This document shows positions 9,801 to 18,800 of a stretch of 64,000 bases of DNA, in pieces. The DNA comes from Candidatus Woesearchaeota archaeon. Lineage in GTDB: Archaea; Nanobdellota; Nanobdellia; Woesearchaeales; ARS49. The translations under genes were made by a program, and so were the position numbers. The DNA lies in the NCBI GenBank assembly GCA_016215315.1, contig JACRKG010000040.1, positions 3,128 to 67,127 of the forward strand. The letters run 5' to 3'. Every line of letters starts with the position of its first letter. The first letter of the stretch is position 1. The notes below the pieces were generated by a model. That model ran no database searches. It had not been told where the DNA came from and saw only the letters and a program-made list of their open reading frames with translations.

Positions 9801-12800
9801 CTTCAAAAGGCATGGACTGAGCCAGTCCTAAAATTTTTCTTGCAAGCACTTTAAAAAAAGATTCGTGGCCATAAGCAGCCCTCCTAAAAGCTAACTCAAT
9901 TTCATTATTTAATTCTTGTCTGTGCTTAAAATTTTCTTCTTCAGCTTGCATACCTTCTAATGAAGGGGGAATTTTGTAGCCTTCCTCAAAAACCTCAATA
10001 CTATCATCAGATTGAATCTGTTGAATCTTATCAATAATTTCCTCAGATGTAGCATCAGGATTGTCATTTAGAAATCTATTAATTGCTTCAATTAAATAAA
10101 TATTATAATCTGATTCAACTTCTCCAAAAAGTTGTTCTAAATGTTTTCTTGCTTCTTCAAATTGTTTTTCATTAGAAACATCTTCTGTCAATGTTGCTTT
10201 TTGTGGTTGTACTGATTCTTGCATTAAAATTGGTGGTGGAACGCTAACAGATTTTCTCATTGAAAGAATTCTGGGCGTTTCGGTTCTAAATACTGGCTTC
10301 TCAGTTCTCATGCTTGTTTCTTTGGGTTTTTCTTTTACTTGTTTATTTTTTGATCTAATGACCAATATTACTGTTTTTCCTTTGCCTGCAGTCGTAATAC
10401 TTTTTTCTGGAAGTCCTATCATTTCCTGGTAGTCTTCATTAAATGAAAAAAATAGATTTCCTTCGCTCGTAATGCCCCACTCAACAGAATCACTTCTTTT
10501 TATATCAACAGTGCTAGTTTCACCTTCTGGACTAGTTTCTGAATCGCCTTCAGACGCGTATGTTCCAGCGCCTCTTAGTCCAACAGCATGCTGTCCAAAT
10601 TCTTCATAACTCATTCCTTCCTCTTTTGGAACTTTCCAGGTGCCTTCTTTATGACCTTTTTCTATTTTCCAACTAATAACTTCAACTTCTAAATCATCAT
10701 CAAGAATGGATTCAATCCTTTCTTTCATTTTTTGAACTGCTTCTTCAAGAGGTAATTCCATTAATTCAATTAAGAAGTCTGCATTCATTAAACCGGTATT
10801 TTCCATCCACTCAATAATTCTATCAACATGATAATTGAAATTTTCTTTTTGAGGCATTCCTTCAGGAAAAAAAATGCCGACAGGAGTAATGAATGGAATT
10901 TGCAAAGTTGCAGCAATATAATCTAGCAAATCTTTAAAATTCTGCATTTCTTTAGGAGGTGTTTCTGAAGAAACACCCTTGCTGGGCGCTTTGGCGTGTT
11001 CTGACTTTAATATTTCATTAGCTGTATTGACAAAACCTTTAGCAACACCATCCTTGAAAATGGGGAAATGATTAATTTTGGGTTTGTCAGAAATATAAAA
11101 CAATTCTGTTGGTTGTTTAGTTTGGATTGAGCTAACTTCTTTAGGTTTTGTGTTAAATAATCTTTCTAATTCTCGTTTGGCTGCTTTTCTAACAACTTCT
11201 GATGTGTGCTTGTTTAGTTCTTCAAGCACTTTTTGTTTTCTGTGCTTAACATTTTCTTCATCAACTGTCCATTCTGGAAATAGATTGTTTATTAAAGAAT
11301 AATGCGCGGAATCTTCTGAAAAGTTGTTCACTAATTGCAATACTTTCTTGAAATCTTCTCCTGAACCGTATTTTAACAAATAATGAAGATTCTTTGTTCT
11401 AAAGTATTCACTTAAATTTTCATCAAAAATAAACTCTCGTAATGCTTTGAGTAAAACTTGTTTAACTTGTTCTTTAAAAGATTCAGAATTTGTTATTTTA
11501 ATAAGTTGATCCAGATTAAAAAATCCGTTACTTACCTCTTCAAGAGAACTTTCTTTTTTTATTTGTTCTTCAGAGAAAGCCAAATGACGTAAATCTTGTT
11601 CGGATGGTGGTTCAGTTGACGTAATCTTTTTTTCTTTTGTGGGTACTTCTTCAAAACTCATAAAGTGTTCAACGATTTTGCGGGCTGATTCTCTGATGCT
11701 AGATTCCTCTTCAGGATTATTTGCTATTTCTTCAAGAACTTTTATGGCTTTTTCGTCATTAACAGATAATGTATTGATGATAATTTCCATTATTGCTTCA
11801 TAACTTAAGCCAGAATTATTTACTGCCTGTTCTATTAAATTTTCATCGTAATAAATTCTTCTTAATTCTTCAATGGATTTTTCAAAAGGAAGAAATGCTA
11901 CAAAATTTATGAATGCCGCGAAGTATTTCGGCAGCAAGAATGATTTTGCTAGATCGTAGTATTTTGCAAGTTCTGTTTCTTCAGTAGTGGAGACTTTTTT
12001 CTCCAAAAGTTCAAGCAAATAATCTCTTGCACGATAAGAATTACTTCTTATGTTGGCATTTTCTCCAGTTTCACTCCAATAATTGAATGTATTGATTAGC
12101 AAGATAAGCGTTCCAACATCTAAATTTACCTCAGTTAATTGATTTTTAATTGATGAGTTTTTGAAAGGTTCTCTTGCTATTCTTTCTTTTAATAATTCTT
12201 CTAAAATATCTAATGCGGGGTTTGATCCTATTTTTGCTAATATTTTTATTGCTAATTCTGTTCCTAAATTTTTTATTATTAATCTATATAATTCAATACT
12301 GTCTTCTTCAGTTATAACAACTGAAAGATCTTGAACTATTAGCAATAATCTTTGTTCATATTCAACTCCTCCAGATTTATTGAATAATATTTCTTTTAAG
12401 AACGCAATTCTTTGTTCGTAAGGGAGTCGTATTAAATCTTTTACTAAAAGAGAGCTATCAAAATTTATTAAATTTGTAATGGCTAAGTCTCTTATTTCTT
12501 TTTCTAGTTCTTGATTTAATGCGATCTGCATCAGTTCAGGATAGCTAAAACCTTTAGCACCTCTGTGGAGTGCTTCTTTTTTAATATCAAGGTCTATTCT
12601 TTGGTCGAGGATTATTTCTTGAAAGAAACTTGGTGCTAGAGTGCCTAATGCTTCAATAATAGTTCTTTTTGCATAACTGCTTAATTGAGGATTTAAGAGT
12701 AATTCTTTAAATTTGTTAGTTCCTTCTTTGTTTAATAATGCTCTTATTGCGCTAGATCTAACCTCTAAAGGAACATTCGTATCTGGTACAACTGAGATTA

Positions 12801-15800
12801 ATAAGTCTATTAATTCTGGTGTGTCTAGAAGTTCTTTGGCGAGCCATAATTGCTCTGCAATCAGAATTTTATAGTATTTGTGCAGTTCGGGTATATTTAG
12901 TAGTTTTTTTAAAACTTCAAATTTGCCGTTTTCACTTAAAATTTGTATGATTTGATCATTTATTTCATATAAGTCCAAATCATACGGTCTTTGTTTTATG
13001 ATATATTCAAGTGTCGATTCAGCTTCTGGAAATGTTTTAATAATTTCTCTTTTCTCGTATTTATTTAGTCTGTTTGAATCTAATATTTTCTCTAATATTT
13101 CAGTCCTTTCAACAGGACTTAATTCATACTTCAAAATTTCTTCTTTAAAAAATTTGGCAAATGATCCTATGTTCTCAAAACTTTGCAAATTAATAATTAA
13201 ACCTATAAACCATGATAAGAATTTTCTATTTTCTTCTTTGTGTATTGCTGTTTTCAAGAAATCCAGGGCAGAATATGCAAAATCTGCTTTTACTTGTCTG
13301 AGCTTCATGATTTTTTTAATTAAATATAATTTATTTAAATCGCTAACATTCGGATTTTTAAATAATTCAAATAAATGGTTGACATCGTACCAAGATAGTA
13401 TTTCAATAAAAGCACCCTCGTTGCCTTTTGTTACTGGAGTTATCAGTTCTTTTTTTATTAATTCCATTAATTCAGAGTGCTCTTTTAAAAATTGTTGTTG
13501 ATTGAGAAAAATGTACAAATGAATTATTATTCTTAATTTTATTTCATCACTGACATTTGGATTGAATAATAATTCTTTCAAATCTTGAAAGTTTGTTTCA
13601 TCACCTTTCGGTCCTGCCAAAACGTATAATGCACTTATTTTATCTTCAAGAGTTTTATCAGGATCTAGAACTGTTTTTTTTGCATCAGACGATTCTTCTT
13701 CAGGAGATTTAACTCCTGATATCCAATCCCAAGTTCTTCCAAACCATCCTTTTTGTTCAGATTTTAGTATTGATGTTGGCTGTTTTGATGGTATTTCTTG
13801 TACTGGGTATTTTTGTTCTGATTTTACAACTTTGATTTGTTTTGTGATTTCTCTTTTTCCTTCTTCAGAAATTCCTGCTGGAATTTCTCCGGGTGATTCT
13901 TCAACTGATGCTTGAATTTTTTCTCCGAAATTCAATTTCAATAATTTTAGTAAGCTTTCTCTTAGTCCGATGTCTTCTATTCTTGAAATTAAATCATAGA
14001 ATTCTTGTGTTGGTGGAATTCTTTTTTGAACTATTAAATTAACTAGTTGTGCAAGTAATTGTTTTGTTTTGTTTACTAATTTTGGTTTTGGTGCGTAAGG
14101 ACTATCTGAATCTGGAAGTAAATCAGTTATTTTTTTGATTTCTGTTAACGCGTTTATTAAATTAATATATGTTTCTTGAGCTTGCTCAGTACTTAATTCT
14201 AGTCTTGATAAAGAATTAATTTGTTCTTGAATGTATTCTAATAATTTGGTGACTTGATCGTCAATTTGTTGACTATAAATGTTTGATGGAAGCGTTCCTT
14301 CCGAGTATTTCTCGTTAATATTTGCATGGCTTAATAGTGTTGTAAGGGTTTTTAGTAATTCTGAAACATTGAGATTTTCTCCTCTTTCAAGAGCGCTTAG
14401 CAGGTAATAAAATCCGAAATCTTTTAGCAAGAAATAAGCTTTTGTTGTTAGTTCAGGAGGGAATTTAGTCATTTCTAATAATTGGTAAATTAAGTAAGCC
14501 ACTCCAGGACTTACGTTTGGTAACGTTCTTTCCTTCAGTCCTATTTCGAGTTGTGAAAATAATTCGTTCAATATTTGTATTGCTTTCTCTTTTTTCCTGT
14601 CATCAGGCAAGTACTTAATTATTTCAAGTAATAAGCCACCTTCTTTTATTCTATCTTGGTATAATTTGTGTAATTCGGTGAAAATTAGTGAAGAATATGC
14701 TTCTTTCGTTTTTTCTGTCATTAAGCTATAGACTTCAAGCAAATATTTTTCTTTAGCTTTAAGAGGTATTTCTGATATTGATGTAAAAAGATCAAACAAG
14801 TCATACAAGTAGTTTTGTCTGTGTTCTTCAGATAATAGCTTTGCTAATTCTAGCAAGTCCAAGTGAAAGTCCATTCCTAAACTTCTTGTAAGTTTAAGTC
14901 TTGTGGGTTCTTTTGTGCATTCTTTATCCCCGCATTTAGTGAATTCAAGTGTTTCGTATTCAGTTATGATGATTGAAGTTATGAAATAATTATATCGTTT
15001 ATATAAATTTAATAACATTTCAAAATAAGCTTGAACATCTCTTTCGTTTGATAATAAACTTATTCGGTCTTTGTAGCTTTGCAATCTTCCAAGCAGTCTT
15101 CTTGCAACAAAAGTATTTAGTTTTTCTTCATCGGTTAGTTCTGGATCAAACTCAGTTAGTGCGGGGAATTCTCCGCTGTTTATTAATTCGTCCATTAATT
15201 TCTTTGCTTCTTCAGGATTGTTATAGAATGAATTAATCATTTCATCAATTTCATTAATTAGTCCGGTTAATTCTGCTTTGACTTTTTGTTCATCAACAGG
15301 TTTCACTTCTTCTTTTGTTACTTCTTCAGTTTTTAATACTTCAACAGGCTTTCTTACTGTGCCGATTTGTGTTTTGAGAATCCTGGCGGATTCTCCGGGT
15401 GTTTTTTTGTCTACTGATTCTTTTTCAGCTCTTTTATTTTTGATTTCTTCAAATAATTTTTGTAAACTAATAATTGATTTTATTTTTTCAAATTCATTAT
15501 TTGCTCGTTCTTTGACAAATTGTTTTTGATCATCAGGCAAAGTCTCGTGTTTTTCTAAATATTCATTGATTTTTTGAATAAATTTGTCTGCAAATTCATT
15601 CTTTTCATCGTTATTGAAACCACTGAAAGAATTAATAAAACTTGAAGCATGTCTTGATAGCCTGAAAAGATTTTCTGGACTCAAATTATTTATGTTTTCT
15701 AAAAAGTAATTGAGCGTTTTGATAGTTACTTGTTTTAGAACTGTTTCTTCTTGAGTGTCTTTTACAAGAAGATGATAATACAAGAAATTATCTAAAAAGT

Positions 15801-18800
15801 CTTTAACCTCTTCCTCGGAAAGACTTGAATAATTTATGGCTAATAAATCTTCGTAAAGCGCTAAAATTATTCCTTTTTCTTCATCGCTTGCAGTGTCTTT
15901 TATATCATATGATGTTTTGTAAAGTGCAAGAAGGAATTGCGTTTTTTCGCTTTCAGTCAAACTCGATTTGTTTTCCTTGAAAAATGCAAAAAGCTTCAAG
16001 GATGCTTCTCTGTTTAGTTCTGTTTTTTCTTCTTTGGTTAGAAAGTTTCCAAACAAAACTCGATCAATTAATTTGAATAATTCTGAGACTTTTTCAGTTG
16101 ATAAAGTTTTTTTGTTATTCTCAAAATGTTCCAATAGTTTTCTTGCAATTTTTTGTATTAATTGTCTTCCTTCTTCTGAAACGCGATTTTCTCCTGTAAC
16201 ATCAACTAATTCTCCTTTTTGTATTGTTTGGTATGTTGGCATTAAATTTACTGAAAGAATATCGTCTAGCATCTTTAAAAGTTCAAAATTGGAAAATAAT
16301 TCTTCTGTGTGATTATCAAAAAGTTCGTTTAGCGAGTTGACAATTCTTTGTGCTAATTGATCTTCATTTTCTATGTTAAATTTGTAAAGGACCGTGTTTA
16401 AGAGTTGTAGAATGCCTAAAGATTCGGATAATGTTAACTGATTTTTTTGTGTTTCATATTTGAGTGATAAATCTTCAAATATGAACATGATATTTTCAGG
16501 ATTCATTGCTTCTGGAGAAATATTTGTTATTGTTTCTAAAGCATATAAAATTAGGTGTGTCTCGCCTAAAGCTAATGTGTCTTTGTTGTCGATATAGATT
16601 CCTAAAATTGTTTCAGCAAGCAAGGACAAATTCATCTCGCTTAATTTAACACTTTCTTTAAATCTTAGAAGCTCTAAACCTTGAGCGATTGTTAGCAAAG
16701 ACGTAACCAATTCATTGAAAGGCTTATTTTTTTCACGAATAAAAACATTAATCAGATCTTTAACTGTTTTTGCTAAATCTGGTTCCACAACTTTTTCAGG
16801 GGGTGCTTCTGGAGCTGCACTTTTTAGTATTGAAGGCAAATTAAATGGTTCTCTTCCAATGCGTGTTGCCAAAAATGGAGAAATTGTTTCCAATTTATAA
16901 CTTGTCTTTTTTGGTTTGTACTTCTCGAGTTTTTCTAAATCTTTTTGCACTTCTGCATCTTTTTCATACGTGCTTCTCATTTCGAGTTTGTTAATGAAGT
17001 TGTCTAGTATTATCGTTTTTTGTTCTTCACCGAGTTCTGAGCCGGACAATATTTCTTCGAGAAGTTCAATGATTTCGTTTCTTAAATCTCTATTTTCTAT
17101 TTGATATAAAAGTTCTAAAGATTCTACAACTTCTTTTATTACTCCATCAGGGATATTTTTTATCAGAATTATCTCTTTTAGTGCTTCAAGTGTTCCCGAA
17201 GGAGGAACTTCATAATCAGTTACTACGCCGCTGTTTAAAATGAAATTTCTAATTAATTTAATTTTTTGTGCTTCACTTAAAGCAGGATCCTGCATTTGTT
17301 CTGTGAGTGTTGGAATAACCTCTAGTTTAATTTTTATTTTTTTCCACAAATAATAAAATGAGTCGATAACATCATCCACAATAGGTATTCTTTCACTAGT
17401 CAATATTCCCGGATTCTTTTTTTCAGGAACGACTTCTTGTCCTTTTAGTTTGTCAATGATCTTTTTAACTTTTTCAAAGTCTCCTTCTTGTAATGCTTTT
17501 GCTAGTTCTGCTTTTCTTAATTCTGGTAAAGAAAGTTGGGAGCTTACTGCAGGCATTCTTCCTGGACCACATTTTGCGCAATCAACACACGTACCTTTTT
17601 CATTCACGTATTTTGCTTGAGCTAAAGGACATTTTATGCATTTAACACTCTCCAGAACTGCGTTTAAGATGGCAACTGATGCTTTGACTCCTGATAAGGA
17701 AGCTCTAACATTTTGGTGTGCTGCATAATTAACAAAAGTATTACCAACCATTGCTTTAAAGATAGAACTTCTAATTTCTCCACCAATACTATTTGCGTGT
17801 GCTTTTGCTTGGTTAATTCCTTTTTTGAATTCTTCATCGTAAAATTTAACTAATTCAATTTCTTGCTTTGCCTTATCTAAATAATTATTAACTCCGGGGC
17901 ATGCTGCTTGAGGCATTGCTTCTAAGACAGAATTTAAAGAATCAACAAGCACTTGGTTGTTAACATTGTCGAATGTTTTAATGCTGTCTTGTAAATCATA
18001 TTTTAGATTTGTTGGAGTGATTTTGTTCATTGCTTTCTTTAAGTTTTCCAAATCCCTTGATTTTTGTTTTTCTCCTCTTTGTTTTGATTGTCTTATGGCA
18101 AAATCAGTGTCCCATCCTTCAGCGTCGAATAATTTAGAAATAAACTCTTCAGTGAATGGTGAAGCTCCATATACTAAGTGTTTGTAAGCATCATTCAAAT
18201 TGCCGTTTGCTTGATTGATTTGGTTAACGGCATTCATTAAAGCAATAATTGCAGAATCATCAGAACAAGTGCTCAAGTATTGTTTTGCTTTTTCTATTTC
18301 TGGGTCTAATGGAGGCAAGCATTGACTTATTTTGTTTATTTCACCAACAGCGTTGTTATCTTCTTGAACTTTTATTAATCCTTCAATGAAATTCATTACT
18401 CCGCCGTAAATTTGGTCAAATAACCATTTTTCAGGATCTTGCTGAGTTGCCTTGCCGGTTAAAAGATTCCTTGCGGAATCTTTATTTTTTTGTTCTTCTT
18501 CATATTCTTTTATTGCGTCAGCAATATCAATAATAATTGGTTTTTCTTTGTCTTTTTTCACGAAAGGCATTAGTGGCCATTGAGGTATTGGTGCAATAGG
18601 CCAAACGCCAGAACTTAAAATGTATTTACAATCGATTCCTTTTGGTGGCTGTGGTTTGTCCATGCAGTCGGGGCATTGTTTTAAGCAAACAAGTCCTTGT
18701 TGTAAGTTTTCTAAGAAATTCTGCGGGGAGTTTTCCTTCGGAAAACTAGCAACAGATTCAGTTGAAGGAACACAGTCCTGTTTTACTGGATCGCAACCGT

